Counted from the stretch's first letter, positions 34,554-46,940 are shown. The stretch is 64,000 nt of DNA from a cyanobacterium endosymbiont of Rhopalodia gibba (GCA_045159875.1 CP067995.1:2752001-2816000); one strand, 5' to 3'. Notes: generated from the letters alone by a model not told the origin. Numbers and translations are program-made.

Positions 34554-35879
34554 ATGCCTAGAACAAAAAAGTTAATTCCTAACGAACAAGTGATGGAAAT
34601 ATTAAATCGCTACGGAGGTTCATTAAATATACTTATTATAAGTCGTATTAAAGGTGATATTAATCAAGAAATTATCAGGAAAGCTTTGGATTTAGTTCAA
34701 TCTAATTATCCCTATCTAGATTATCGGATTGTAGGGACTTTAGATGATTTACATTTTACTTCTGAAAAAGTCTATAAAATTCCTTTAGATACTTTTTTTT
34801 GTGAGCAAGATATCTCTTTAAAAACTCTTATTTTAAAAGAGTTAAATACGCCATTGGCAAGTAGTAAATCTCTGTTGAGATGTTTATTTATTTTAGACAG
34901 ACAAGAACCTGAGATAAAATACTTAATCACGACCATACATCATGCTATATCGGATGGCTTATCATCTGTGAGACTTCAAGCAGAGATATTTAATTATTGT
35001 CAAATTATTGCTTCAGAAAAAAGTTTAGGATCGAATCCTAATTTATCTCTGGTATCTTCCCCCTTATCCTTAGATAATTCCTTTCTTCAATGGATTAAAA
35101 ATCAAATAAGTGTAATTAATAGTATTTGTTTTCTGGGGATGCTTAAAACTAAGATGTTTGTCTATCAAATAGAATCATTAAAATCTGAAAAGGATGTAGC
35201 TATTGAGTTACGTACTTGCGGAATAACTCAGCGATATTTATCTCCAGAAAATACAAAAAAATTAATCAAATTATGTCAACTAGAAAAAACAACAGTTCAC
35301 GGAGCTCTGTGCGCAACAATGTTGATTGCAGCTGCCAATAAAATAAGAAAAAATAAATTGAAAAAAGTAAATGTTTCTTGTGCTTCTTATGTAGATTTAC
35401 GGCGAAGAATTAAACCAGAAGTTCTTCCGGAACAGATGGGAATGCTCGTCTCGTTTTTAATGTCTTTTCATACTCTAAAATTAGAGATGCCATTTTGGGA
35501 ATTAGCCAGAGATGTTACTCGACAAATTAATAAAGGTTTAAATCGAAAAGATATGTTTAAACCTTTATTAATACTTCGAAAAGCTGTAGAAAATTTCTTG
35601 GTTAATTCTGAGACAACTTTCGCAACAGTTTCAGTTACAAATATCGGTAGAATTAAGATTCCTAAAATTAAAGGTAAATTAACATTAGAAGAAATCAGTT
35701 TTGTTCCGTCTAATGTTATTTTTAATAAAATTTTTACACTTGCTGTCTCAACATTTGATGAAAAAATGACTCTTAATTTTATTGTTTCCCAACCTTCTAT
35801 TAGTCAAGAAACCTTGGAATTACTAGCTGATGAGGTAATTTATTCTTTAACTGAAGTATGTAATAGTGTTAATAACTAA
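34554..35879 (+). CDS. Stand-alone condensation-domain / CoA-dependent acyltransferase (PapA5/alcohol acetyltransferase-like)
   Basis: HHAISDG (HHxxxDG) motif; TTVHGALCA, VDLRRR, VTNIG. Confidence 0.8.
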   Translation: MPRTKKLIPNEQVMEILNRYGGSLNILIISRIKGDINQEIIRKALDLVQSNYPYLDYRIVGTLDDLHFTSEKVYKIPLDTFFCEQDISLKTLILKELNTPLASSKSLLRCLFILDRQEPEIKYLITTIHHAISDGLSSVRLQAEIFNYCQIIASEKSLGSNPNLSLVSSPLSLDNSFLQWIKNQISVINSICFLGMLKTKMFVYQIESLKSEKDVAIELRTCGITQRYLSPENTKKLIKLCQLEKTTVHGALCATMLIAAANKIRKNKLKKVNVSCASYVDLRRRIKPEVLPEQMGMLVSFLMSFHTLKLEMPFWELARDVTRQINKGLNRKDMFKPLLILRKAVENFLVNSETTFATVSVTNIGRIKIPKIKGKLTLEEISFVPSNVIFNKIFTLAVSTFDEKMTLNFIVSQPSISQETLELLADEVIYSLTEVCNSVNN

Positions 35880-35925
35880 ACTTCACTTGATTAGAATAGA
35901 CTGGGAATCTTGTTTATAATAGAGT

Positions 35926-36030
35926 AGGCAGCTGTTTTCTGAGCAGCAAAACTCCTACTTATTTCCCCAACATCAAGATGGTTTGACACAACTCCATCGC
36001 CGTTTTGGCCGTAATGCCGTTTATTTTACT
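35926..36030 (+). ncRNA. PsrR1/SyR1-like small RNA, possibly degenerate
   Basis: TATAAT at 35915-35920; 5' hairpin; GC-rich core CCAACATCAAGATGGTTTGACACAACTCCATCGCCGTTTTGGC resembling the PsrR1 conserved block (recalled from memory); no clear terminator. Confidence 0.5.
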
Positions 36031-36305
36031 ATATACATATTACAAGAAAGTTCAAGGTTAGTTAAGACGGCTCCTCTCCAAGCCAGGTATAATTTTGGTC
36101 CGTAATTCCATACTTTTGGTTCTGTATCAGGGGATATTGGGGTTAACTTGTTTATAAGTAATTATGATATTCTTCTTTTTATAAAATAAAATTTTAAGTT
36201 GTTTATAAAGTTTTGCTGAGAGATATTTACATAGATGAGAATTTATACCCAAGTCATGACGAACTAAAATAGTAAAGCAGTAATTATGATTACAAATTCT
36301 ATATT

Positions 36306-37070
36306 ATGGCTACAACAGACACTAAAACTCCCTCTCTAACCGATCAACAGACTTATCTCAACGAAATTCCTAATGATGTAGAAATGTCTTTGTTTGACCA
36401 TCTCGAGGAATTGCGTCAACGTATTTTTTATGGGTTAATTGCAGTTGTTATTGGAATAATTGGCTGTTTTATCTTTGTAAAACCCTTAGTGCAATGGTTA
36501 CAGTTTCCTGCTCAAGATGTTGAATTTTTACAATTAGCTCCAGGAGAATTCTTTTTTGTATCGATCAAAGTTGCTGGATATAGTGGATTTTTAATATCGA
36601 GTCCCTTTATTCTCTACCAAATTCTTCAATTTGTTTTACCCGGTTTAACCCGTCGAGAGCGTCGTTTATTAGGTCCTGTCGTCTTAGGGTCAAGTGTTTT
36701 ATTTTTAGTTGGACTAGCTTTTGCTTATTGGGCATTAATTCCTGCTGCATTACAGTTTTTTATTAATTATGGAGCTGATATTGTTGCACAGTCTTGGTCA
36801 ATTGATCGCTATTTTGAGTTTATCTTACTATTAATGTTTAGTACTGGACTTGCTTTTCAAATTCCTATTATTCAATTAATTTTAGGTTTTCTTGGAATTG
36901 TTTCTTCAAAACAAATGCTGAAAGAATGGCGTGTAATTGTCTTAGGTTCTGTTATTTTGGGAGCTGTTTTAACTCCCTCCACTGATCCGTTAACCCAATC
37001 TTTATTAGCTACTGCTGTGTTAGGGTTATATTTTAGCGGAATTGGAATGTTGAAGTTAACAGGAAATTGA
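36306..37070 (+). CDS. tatC: Twin-arginine translocase subunit TatC
   Basis: [27 protein letters not shown] motifs. Confidence 0.97.
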   Translation: MATTDTKTPSLTDQQTYLNEIPNDVEMSLFDHLEELRQRIFYGLIAVVIGIIGCFIFVKPLVQWLQFPAQDVEFLQLAPGEFFFVSIKVAGYSGFLISSPFILYQILQFVLPGLTRRERRLLGPVVLGSSVLFLVGLAFAYWALIPAALQFFINYGADIVAQSWSIDRYFEFILLLMFSTGLAFQIPIIQLILGFLGIVSSKQMLKEWRVIVLGSVILGAVLTPSTDPLTQSLLATAVLGLYFSGIGMLKLTGN

Positions 37071-38251
37071 TAGTCGATAGTTAACATTGTAATTTTGAAG
37101 GGATAAAAACTTCTAAAACTTAATTAAGTATATATTTAACTTGATGTCTATTAACTTTTCGAGGACATGTAAATTTTTTAGATTCTAATCATAGTTTTTA
37201 GATGAGGTTATTCATTAAATTTAAGTTAGGATAAAATTGATTTATCTTTCATAGAATTGATACTGAGGATAACTCAGAAAGAATTGCTTTTGACTGCAGA
37301 AAATAAACTCACTTTATTTTTTACATAAGGGAATAGATTTTAGAAAGATTAATTTAAAAGTAATAGAAGTAGTAACAAAGATTCTAGTTACTGTTTCTAG
37401 ATAAGCTAAGCAGGTTTGAGATAAAATAATTTATTAATTAACTGTTGATCAATCTAGTTAAAATAACCTTACAGGAGAAGAATATACTAATGGTCTAGTC
37501 ATCAAGCATAGAGAAGGTTAGAAAACACAATATTGTTATTTCATACAAAAAAAAATTTATCTAGCCGAATAATTCAGTTAAACAAAGAACTCCTTTAAGA
37601 TTCCTAGGAGTATCGACAATAGCTTTCATCATATTCATTTAATACTACGTTACTAAAGCCAAGTCATTAATATCTTTTATGGAAATCTAAAATTAATTAT
37701 CAATCGGCAGGATAAATGAATGCAGAACTTACGCTCAGACTTGTTAAATCTGTTAAATCACGGCAATAATTTTCTCATAAAAATGATTTTTTTACACTTC
37801 TAATCTTTAGTATTTTAAGTGTATCTTTCTGAAAAATTAGAGTATTTTTCAGCTTCATCAAGCCTACCAAGAAAGTTTGCAAACAACAAGATAACAAGCT
37901 TTAAGAACTATCATCCCAATTGGGTAAATTTTGACATCAATCAACTAATTCTAATAGTTATGATACCCAGTCCAAGTTTGTCTGAAAAGTTGTTCTAAAT
38001 TCTTCTTATGATTGATCTCTTTCTAAGAGTACTCGTGATAGGAGACTGTCCATAACAGTCAATTTATACATTTGGTCTAATTGAGCCTTTTATTTTTTAC
38101 TTAAAATTTAGCATTTTTTTTAGATTAGTACTTTAAGGTTTTCTGTTTTTTCATTTTAAATCTTTTTAAGATCTAATAGTTGAGTATTGACTTATATTAA
38201 TATGTGAAATTGTCTGATGCTACCAAAGCTTATAGTATTCTCTATTGAGAA

Positions 38252-38291
38252 TAGAAACAAATAAAATAATATATTATTTTATTTGTTTCTA
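38252..38291. repeat. Perfect 40-bp palindrome, no spacer
   Basis: tagaaacaaataaaataata|tattattttatttgtttcta. Confidence 0.95.
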
Positions 38292-39137
38292 ACAACTATC
38301 TTTATTGTAAACTTATAACCGTCTTACTACTTTTTAATAGTTGTCATTTATATAACTTTTATGGTTCTCTTTTTTTGTACTAACACTACATAATATTTTC
38401 TGTAAAAAATATAATATATTAACAATATAAATTGCTAATTATTGTGGTTAGTAATAGTTATTAAGCTACAAGTTTTAACCTATTTTAAATACATTAGTTC
38501 TACTTTTTATTATTTTATTTAACTATTTACAGTAATAAAATTAAAGTTTTCAATCCTTTAAAAATACTTTTAGTGTTTTTGAGTAAACTAAATTCACTGT
38601 GACTATATACTCATATAAATTATATTTTACACAAAAATAGATAACACTAAAATATCCTAATTTTTATATTTATTTCATTTTAAATGCTATTTATTTTAAC
38701 GAATAAAAATTATCAATATTCAATTAAAAATTAATATTCTATAAATAGTAAAAATTATTAAATTTTCAATTTTATTCATGAAATAAAGTTAAAAATATGA
38801 TGTTGTATTTATAAAATAATTTGATATTTTGAGTGCAATGAGCTCTAATCGTAAGATGAAATTTACTACAATTTTTTATATAAAAGATTTGCTTAAATCA
38901 ATCTTATTAGGCTCTTGTCCTACTTCAGCCGCTATATCCAAGAGTTATAGAAATTACTTAAGATTTTTATAGCTATCAATTTTTAGAACCGTCAAGCTAT
39001 TATCAATTTAACTAATTTTCAAGATTTAAGTCATCTTCTAAAAAGATTAGACTAGAGAATTTTTCTATATTTTTCTACCTAAAATGTGTAATGATAAGAG
39101 GGTGGGTTTTCCTAGAAAGTTTAAAAAATAAATATTA

Positions 39138-39929
39138 ATGGTTATCTCTACTGAGCCCCAAATCCTAGCTCTGGATTTTGATGGCGTTATTTGTAATGGT
39201 TTATTGGAATATTTTCAAACAACTAAATCTACATACACTCAAATATGGACTGAGCATCCTTCAGATTTTCTTAATAATTTTGCCAATAGCTTTTATCAAT
39301 TACGCTCTGTGATTGAAACAGGGTGGGAAATGCCTATTTTATTAAGAGCTTTGGTCCTGGGTTTTGATCAGAATCAGATACAAAATAATTGGACTAACCT
39401 TTGTCAAAAAATTCTCGAATCAAATAACTTAAACAAGCAAGCTCTTATAACTCAACTCGATGAGGTCAGAGATAATTGGATTCATTCTGATTTAGAAGGC
39501 TGGTTAAAACTACATCAATTTTATCCTGGAGTGATCAAAAAAATTAGTAAAGTTATTAGATCTTCTACTCTCTTATATATTGTTACTACCAAAGAAGGAC
39601 GGTTTGTTCAACAATTATTAGAAAAACAGGGAGTAGAATTGCCCAAAAAAAATATTTTAGGTAAAGAAGTAAACCAACCTAAATATAAAATTTTGAGACA
39701 ATTAATCCAAGATAATCCACAATTTTATAATCAATTATGGTTTGTCGAAGACTTATTGAAAACCTTGCATAAAGTTCAAGAACAATCAGATTTAAAAGAA
39801 GTTAAGCTGTTTTTAGCTAACTGGGGATTTAATACCTCTAAAAATCATGATTTAGCTAGAAGTAATCCAGGTATAAATTTACTTTCCTTAGAACAGTTCA
39901 ACGATAGTTATTTATCTTGGCTTGGCTAA
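39138..39929 (+). CDS. HAD-superfamily hydrolase
   Basis: LALDFDGV motif I, IVTTK, WFVED, LANWG. Confidence 0.9.
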   Translation: MVISTEPQILALDFDGVICNGLLEYFQTTKSTYTQIWTEHPSDFLNNFANSFYQLRSVIETGWEMPILLRALVLGFDQNQIQNNWTNLCQKILESNNLNKQALITQLDEVRDNWIHSDLEGWLKLHQFYPGVIKKISKVIRSSTLLYIVTTKEGRFVQQLLEKQGVELPKKNILGKEVNQPKYKILRQLIQDNPQFYNQLWFVEDLLKTLHKVQEQSDLKEVKLFLANWGFNTSKNHDLARSNPGINLLSLEQFNDSYLSWLG

Positions 39930-39975
39930 TTTTAATTATTTAACTCTTTATTGTGTTTCATGCGATTTTGCAAAA

Positions 39976-40668
39976 ATGTTACAAAAACGACCCCAGACAA
40001 CGGTTATTTTAGCCATGACAGCCGATGGCAAAATTGCAGATTTCCAACGTAACCCTTCACGATTTGGTTCTCAGGCAGATAAAGCTCATTTAGAGGAGCA
40101 AATCTCTTTAATGGATGGAGTTCTTTTCGGGGCAGAAACTTTAAGAGCTTATGGAACAACTTTATCAATTACAAACTCTCTCTTGTTAGAGACTCGAAGA
40201 CAAAAAGATAAACCGCTTCAACCAGTACAGCTCGTGGTCTCTGGCTCAGGAGAAATAGATCCTAATATACGCTTTTTTTCTCAATTAATTCCTCGTTGGC
40301 TAATAACAACAATAGAAGGGGCTAATACCTGGAACAAAAAATGTCATCAGGGATTTGAAAGGTTAGTTATTTCTAATGTAGATCAAGGGAGAAAGATAAA
40401 TTGGCAGAATATGTTTGAACGGTTATATCAATTAAAACTAAGTAAATTAGCTATTTTAGGAGGAGGTAATCTAATTGCTTCCCTTTTAGAAGCTAATTTG
40501 ATTGATAACTTATGGCTAACTATCTGTCCTTTTCTGCTTGGTGGGGTGACATCTCCTACTCCAGTTGAAGGAGTGGGTTTTCTGTCTCATCAAGCTAAAC
40601 CCTTACAATTATTGACAGTCAAGCAAATTGAACAAGAAATTTTTCTCCATTATCGGCTGCACTCTTAG
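39976..40668 (+). CDS. RibD C-terminal (reductase) domain protein
   Basis: LAMTADGKI, GAETLR, ILGGG..LID.LWLTICP; ATG at 39976 preferred to the overlapping TTG at 39922. Confidence 0.88.
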   Translation: MLQKRPQTTVILAMTADGKIADFQRNPSRFGSQADKAHLEEQISLMDGVLFGAETLRAYGTTLSITNSLLLETRRQKDKPLQPVQLVVSGSGEIDPNIRFFSQLIPRWLITTIEGANTWNKKCHQGFERLVISNVDQGRKINWQNMFERLYQLKLSKLAILGGGNLIASLLEANLIDNLWLTICPFLLGGVTSPTPVEGVGFLSHQAKPLQLLTVKQIEQEIFLHYRLHS

Positions 40669-40722
40669 AAAATATTGATTATTCTATAAAATAGAACTCT
40701 TCTTCTATTCACGCGATCGCTC

Positions 40723-41895
40723 ATGGTTGAACAAATAAAACCCCAATACTCTATCGCTTGGATTAAAAAAATTGCCGAAATTCCTAAACCTGACTGGGAT
40801 GAACTTGCTCAAACCTTAAAAACACCATTCTTAGAATGGGAATGGCTCAATAATATCGAAATATCTCAAAGTGCTATTCCAGACACTGGATGGCAACCGA
40901 GTCATCTCACAATATGGCGAGATAAACAACTTATTGGGGCAGCGCCTCTCTATATTAAAAGTCATAGTTACGGAGAATTTGTCTTTGATCATCAATGGGC
41001 AAATTTATCCCATCGTTTAGGTGTCCCTTATTATCCTAAATTGTTAGGGATGACTCCTTTTACTCCAGCAGTAGGATATCGTTTTTTAATTGCGTCAAAA
41101 GAAGATGAAGCAGAAATTACCCAGTTAATGATCACTGCAATTGACCATTTTTGCGATCGCAATCGACTATCAGGGTGTCATTTCTTATTTGTTGATCCTG
41201 ACTGGCGGCAATTGATGGAAAATAATGGGTTTAGCTCTTGGCTCCATCATAGTTATATTTGGTCTAACAAAGGGTTTAATAGTTTTGATGATTATTTAGC
41301 CGTTTTTAACGCTAATCAACGCCGTAATATTAAACGAGAGAGGAAGGCAGTTACTAAAGTAGGGTTACAACTAAAAACCTTCATAGGAGAAGACATTCCT
41401 CATAATCTATTTCTTTTGATTCATCAATTTTATAGTAGTACTTGCGAAAAATTTTATTGGGGAAGTCAGTATTTAACCCGCAAGTTTTTTGAAGGGCTTT
41501 ATCCCTATTATCGTCATCGAATAGTTTTAGTGGCTGCTTATACTAAAGATAATGATAAATATCCTGTGGGAATGTCTTTTTGTCTACGAAAAGGAGAGAA
41601 TTTATATGGGCGTTATTGGGGTTGTTTAGAAGAATATGACTGTCTTCATTTTGAAACTTGTTACTATCAACCTATTCAATGGGCAATTCAAGAGGGAATC
41701 TCCATATTCGATCCCGGAGCAGGAGGATTACATAAGCAACGCAGAGGCTTTGTGGCAACTCCCAACTACAGTTTACACCGTTTTTACGATCAAAAAATGA
41801 ATCAAATTCTGAGACACTATATTGGAGAAATCAATGAAATGGAAAAGGAAGAAATTGACACGATTAACCAGAACTTACCCTTCAGTAAACACTAA
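40723..41895 (+). CDS. FemAB-like/GNAT family protein (DUF482)
   Basis: KSHSYGEFVFDHQWA, YGRYWG, LHFETCYY, GAGGLHK.RRGF. Confidence 0.92.
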   Translation: MVEQIKPQYSIAWIKKIAEIPKPDWDELAQTLKTPFLEWEWLNNIEISQSAIPDTGWQPSHLTIWRDKQLIGAAPLYIKSHSYGEFVFDHQWANLSHRLGVPYYPKLLGMTPFTPAVGYRFLIASKEDEAEITQLMITAIDHFCDRNRLSGCHFLFVDPDWRQLMENNGFSSWLHHSYIWSNKGFNSFDDYLAVFNANQRRNIKRERKAVTKVGLQLKTFIGEDIPHNLFLLIHQFYSSTCEKFYWGSQYLTRKFFEGLYPYYRHRIVLVAAYTKDNDKYPVGMSFCLRKGENLYGRYWGCLEEYDCLHFETCYYQPIQWAIQEGISIFDPGAGGLHKQRRGFVATPNYSLHRFYDQKMNQILRHYIGEINEMEKEEIDTINQNLPFSKH

Positions 41896-42108
41896 ATTTA
41901 GTTTAAGGTCTAAAGCCTGAATAGCTCTAACCAGGGCGGATTGGTAGTCTTATCAGATAGGTAAAGTTTCAATAATATAGTCTTGGTGAAGATAACTATT
42001 TGAATTTGCCTACCTACAACAAACATTTTACAGTAAAGTTTAACCGTTATTTATCCCCAATTCCTTAGCTTGATGCCCTTTGCACTGAAGATAGTTTATG
42101 AATTAGGA

Positions 42109-42153
42109 AAGTTTTTGTATCAAAAAGGTCAGTGATTTTTGATACAAAAACTT
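42109..42153. repeat. Hairpin, 18-bp perfect arms
   Basis: aagtttttgtatcaaaaa ... tttttgatacaaaaactt. Confidence 0.9.
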
Positions 42154-42276
42154 CAAACATGATCCTAGAAAAAAAACTCGCTATGATGAGAAATGGTAAG
42201 ATTTATTCAAATCTTAGGTACTTAAATAACCATTTACTTCAGATCGAAACTACATAGATTTGCAACATATACTATT

Positions 42277-42558
42277 ATGATTGAAGCATCTGTCACTACC
42301 CTTGACGAAATACAATTGACCCGTGAAGAACGAGTTGTCGAGATTCAAAATCTCATAGAAACTCTCCGCATTGCTGATGAAATATCTAATAGAGGGTACT
42401 TAATTACTAGCTCAGAATTAGCTGATTTAATGGATGTTAATGCTAGTGCTGTGACCAGTCGGGGCGATCATTGGTCTTGGCGTAATTGGATCGTATCACG
42501 AGTAAGAAGAGAGGGGAATCAAATTCTCTGGCAACTTGAACGAATTGATTTTGAGTAA
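42277..42558 (+). CDS. Conserved cyanobacterial hypothetical protein (93 aa)
   Basis: Intact ORF; GYLITSSELADLMD..WRNWIVSRVRREGNQILWQ. Confidence 0.85.
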   Translation: MIEASVTTLDEIQLTREERVVEIQNLIETLRIADEISNRGYLITSSELADLMDVNASAVTSRGDHWSWRNWIVSRVRREGNQILWQLERIDFE

Positions 42559-42669
42559 GGGCAGATCTTACTCAACATTGATGACTTAGAAATAGTCAAA
42601 TCATTATTAGTTCCCTAACTATATTTGATTTGATCCCTATGTGATGATTTAAAAAATTAAATTTGCGTC

Positions 42670-42718
42670 TTAATAATTGAAAGCAACGGCTATTTAAACC
42701 GTTGCTTTCAATTATTAA
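42670..42718. terminator. Hairpin, 20-bp perfect arms; likely terminator of the upstream gene
   Basis: ttaataattgaaagcaacgg ... ccgttgctttcaattattaa. Confidence 0.7.
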
Positions 42719-42778
42719 TTGATAATCTTTTATTTATTAAAAGATGAATTAGTTATCTTTATTAAAGTGAATTAGTTA

Positions 42779-45700
42779 GTGTTCAAAGTATTGTCTGTCC
42801 GAGGAGGGACTTTTGCCGATAGAATTGTGGTGACTAACAATCAAAAAAATATATATAATATTTCAATAAGAAATATTATATATATTTTTATTTTTTAACA
42901 AAAAGTTGTTTTTATATATAAAATCTTGTCCAAAAAATCTAGTAAATATCAAGATACAGTTATTCAAGGCATTTGAGATATCATGGGAGTTAACACTCAT
43001 GAATTGCTAAATACAAAACAACTAGAAGTAATAAAAATGGTCGCCACAGTTTTACTGATGACCAAAAGATTTAAAGATGCTCTAAGAATTTGCTATTAGA
43101 ATCACCTCAATCTTTTTATACTTAATATCATTTTGTTTTCAATGTTACATAAACATGTTATTGAAGTTAATGAAAGATATGATGTTAAGGGGCATAAATT
43201 AAAAGCAATTAACCATGAATAGATATATCAAGACTTAAAACAAGTTTATGATCAAGAAATTAAAAGCTACGCTATTGTTTTTATGTACAGGTTTCGTTTT
43301 TCTTATTATGAAAACCAAGTTAGTCAAATTGCTCAATAAATTGGCTTGAATCAAGTTTCAGTTTCCCATCAAGTTAGTCCTCTAATGAAACTGCTAGGGA
43401 AAGGAGACACTACGGTTGTTGATGCTTATTTATTACCTATTTTACATCGATATATAGACCGAGTTTTAAGTCAGTTACCTGATGTCAAGTTGATGTTTAT
43501 GAAATCAGACAGAGGATTAGTCAATGTCGATCAGTTCCATGGAAAAGATAGTATTCTATTAGGTCCTACAGGAGGAATTATTGAGACAGTTAAAACTAGT
43601 TTAATGGCAGGCTTTAAAGAAATAATTACTTTCAATATGGAGGAACTTCTACTAATGTTGCTCACTTCAATGGGGAAGATGAAAGATAGATTGATAATGA
43701 AATTGCCGAGACCAGAATTAGAGTTCCTATGTTAAGTATTCACACGGTAGCTGCTGGTGGTAGTTCCATACTATTTTGATGGATTTAGCTTTCGTGTGGG
43801 GACGGAATCTGCTGGGGAAAATCCTGGACCTGCTTGCTATCGTCATTGTGGACCATTAATAGTAACGGATGCTAATGTTAGTGGGAGGGAAGATTCGCCC
43901 TGGTTATTTTCCTACTATTTTTGGAAGTCAAGAAAATTTGCCTTTAGATAAAGAAATCGTTAGTCAAAAATTTATTCGATTAGCACAATAATTTTATTGG
44001 GTTACAAGTAATTTCACTAAACCCCAAAAAATCGCTAATAGCTTTATTTTGCTGTTCAAAATATGTCCAACACAATCAAAAAATCTTCTCTACAAAAAAG
44101 CTGTAATATTTTAAAATATACTCTTACTAGGTTTGGTGCTGCAGGAGGACAGGTTTGCTATTTAATTGCTGATCCTTTAGGTATCAAAACAATTTTTTTC
44201 ATCCTTATGTAGAAATTTTAAGTGCTTATGGAATAAGTTTAGTAATTCTTCATGTGATTCAAGAAAAATCTGTTGAACAGTTATTAACTCAAAAGTCAAT
44301 TTTTTAATTAAATACATTGAGTAATGAGTTAGAGGTTAAAGGTAATGATAAACTTAATTCCCAAACTTTACAAGTAAAAAAAAAGTAACCTTAAAATATC
44401 AAGGGATAGATTCAACCTTATTAATTAATCTTTTAGGTACGTCAGAAACGATGGTTGAATCATTTGAGAAAGAGCATCAGTTGTGCTACGGTTTTATTCA
44501 ATCAAACAAACTTTTAATTGTGGAATCTATTTCTATCGAAATAATTCCACAAATAAAAACTAAAAAATAGCAGTTAATTAATCGTATTCGTCCACTTAAT
44601 AAGTCTCATAACTACATAGAAAATGTTTAAATTTTTACTAATATTTATTGGTAAATTTTTTCTTTTTTATAGACTATAAATATAGTCTAAAGATATTATT
44701 AATACTTTAAAAATATCGTTATTGTATCAACGATATTATGATCTGATTTTGTGATAATATAAATTTTTTATGCTTGATTCAAGAAGGATACTAAGGTATT
44801 CAGAATATATAGTTGTATAATGTATTTTCTGATTAACCAATAGTAGTTAAATTTTTTTTTATGGTTTATACTATCTATAGCTAACGGTCAGTATACATAA
44901 AAAAAAATGAAAGTTCAGTAAAAAATTATACTTGAACTTAAAAACAGATTAAATAATGTTTTGTCAAGTTCAACCCCATCCTATTTATCTCAAAATTTTA
45001 AAAAATCTCTATCAGTTCATTGCTGAACAGATGGGAATTACCCTACAAAATACGACATCTTCGGTAAACATAAAAAAACGTCTTGATTTTTCTTGTGCAA
45101 TTTTTAATAAACAAGAGTTATTGGTAGCCAATGCACCCTATATTTTCGTGCATTTAGGAAGTATGAATGAAAGCGTAAAAAGCTTAATTAAAGATGAAAA
45201 AAATTACTTTAAATTTGGCAATCTTTATTTTCCCAATAAACACTACAATGGAGGAACTTATTTACCTAATATAGCCATTATAATACATGTTTTTGTAAAT
45301 TTTAATACTTTTAAACTTATCTTTTATGTCGCGTTCCGTAGTCATTAAGCAGATATTGTGGGGAATTACTCCAGGATTAATGCTTCCCCATTCTAAATCT
45401 ATCTTAGAAGAATAGATTTTATTTAATAATTGTCTTTTGGTAGAATCAGGAATTTTCAAAGAAGAAGATATTAGAAATATTTGAGATGATAATCTCTATC
45501 GTGCGCGAAATTCAGAATAAAATATTGTGGACTTTAAGTCCAAAATTGCAGCCAATAAAACAGGAGGAAAAGAACTACACCGTATGATTGAACAATATGG
45601 ACTAAATACCGTACAGAGCTGAAAAATGTGCTAGTAAATCCATCGGAATTTTGAAAAATGAAGATTTCCCCCATACTTTAGCTTAAGGATCAGGAATTTA

Positions 45701-46501
45701 AAGAAAAATTACTATAGACAAAGAAAGTCATTGTGCAACTATTTATTATGCTAGAAATTTTTTCCAAAAAAAATGATGATTTTAATGTTACAAAAGTAGT
45801 TATTTAAACATTTATTTGATGGATTCTTAAAAATTTAGCAAAAGATGATATTCAGCTCAGCAGTAGATACATAAAACTACTTAGTCTAATCATTTCTAAA
45901 GGTTTTCTATTAAACCCCAATTATCCGTCTGGAGTTATTGCCGAAAATATTGAGACTTCTCATTCTCAATCAATTATTGATGCTTTATCTGGTGTATTGA
46001 AAGTCCTAACAGCTTCCCAAGGAACAATGAATAGCTTCATCGTTGATAACGAGAAATATCAGTATTATGAAAAAATCTGTGGAGGATCTAGAGCTGGTTA
46101 TAATTTTGATGGAACCGATACTGTTCATAGTCATATGACTAACTCTTGTTTAACTGCTCCAAAAGTTTTAGAATAGCGATTTCATGTCATATTTATAATA
46201 GTTTAGTATTCGCCCTAATAGTGGTGGGCAAGGATTATATAAAGGAGGTAATGGGGTAATTCGTCGTCTAAGATTTTTAGAATCGATAACGGCCACTATT
46301 TTATCGAGTTATCGTATTATTCCTCCTTTTGGTTTACTAGGAAGAGAACCAGAAATAGTGGGTAAAAACTATGTGATTAGAAAAGATGGAAGACTTGAAG
46401 CATTAGCTGGCATAGCCATGACTGAAATAAACTCAGAAGAAATTTTTGTTATTGAAACCCCTGGAGGAGGTAGATATGGAAATCAAGAATTGAGAATGTA
46501 G
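42779..46501 (+). pseudogene. Fused 5-oxoprolinase / hydantoinase A+B gene, heavily inactivated
   Basis: [63 protein letters not shown]; many stops and frameshifts. Confidence 0.93.
42845..42889. repeat. Hairpin, 20-bp perfect arms, inside the oxoprolinase pseudogene
   Basis: aaaaatatatataatatttc AATAA gaaatattatatatattttt. Confidence 0.9.
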
Positions 46502-46598
46502 AATAACTAATTTTAAAACAAAGTTTTAAAATTAAAATGTTTTAAGCAGATAGAATGGTAACATAATAAATAAATTAATTAATTTAACCGACTTTGTT

Positions 46599-46940
46599 AT
46601 GAGCGAGACAATTTTTACTAAAATTATTTGTAAAGAAATTCCTGCGGATATTGTCTATGAAGATGATCTATCCTTAGCTTTTAAAGATATTAATCCCCAA
46701 GCACCTGTTCATATTCTAGTTATTCCCAAAAAGCCAATTGCTAACTTAGAGGAAGGAACTGAAGAGGACAAAATTTTATTCGGACATTTATTATTAATAG
46801 TTCAAAAAATAGCTAGAGAAGTTAGATTAGATAATGGTTATCGAGTGGTCATTAATAATGGGAATGATGGTGGGCAAACAGTCAATCATCTACACTTACA
46901 TATTCTAGGAAAACGCCAGATGACTTGGCCACCAGGTTAA
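46599..46940 (+). CDS. Histidine triad (HIT) nucleotide-binding protein
   Basis: HLHLHIL triad; C-terminal WPPG. Confidence 0.95.
   Translation: MSETIFTKIICKEIPADIVYEDDLSLAFKDINPQAPVHILVIPKKPIANLEEGTEEDKILFGHLLLIVQKIAREVRLDNGYRVVINNGNDGGQTVNHLHLHILGKRQMTWPPG

Noticed and set aside
43346..45459. ORFs 43346-43735, 43757-43951, 44956-45348 and 45262-45459 as separate genes
   Set aside because: Fragments or shadow of the single oxoprolinase pseudogene
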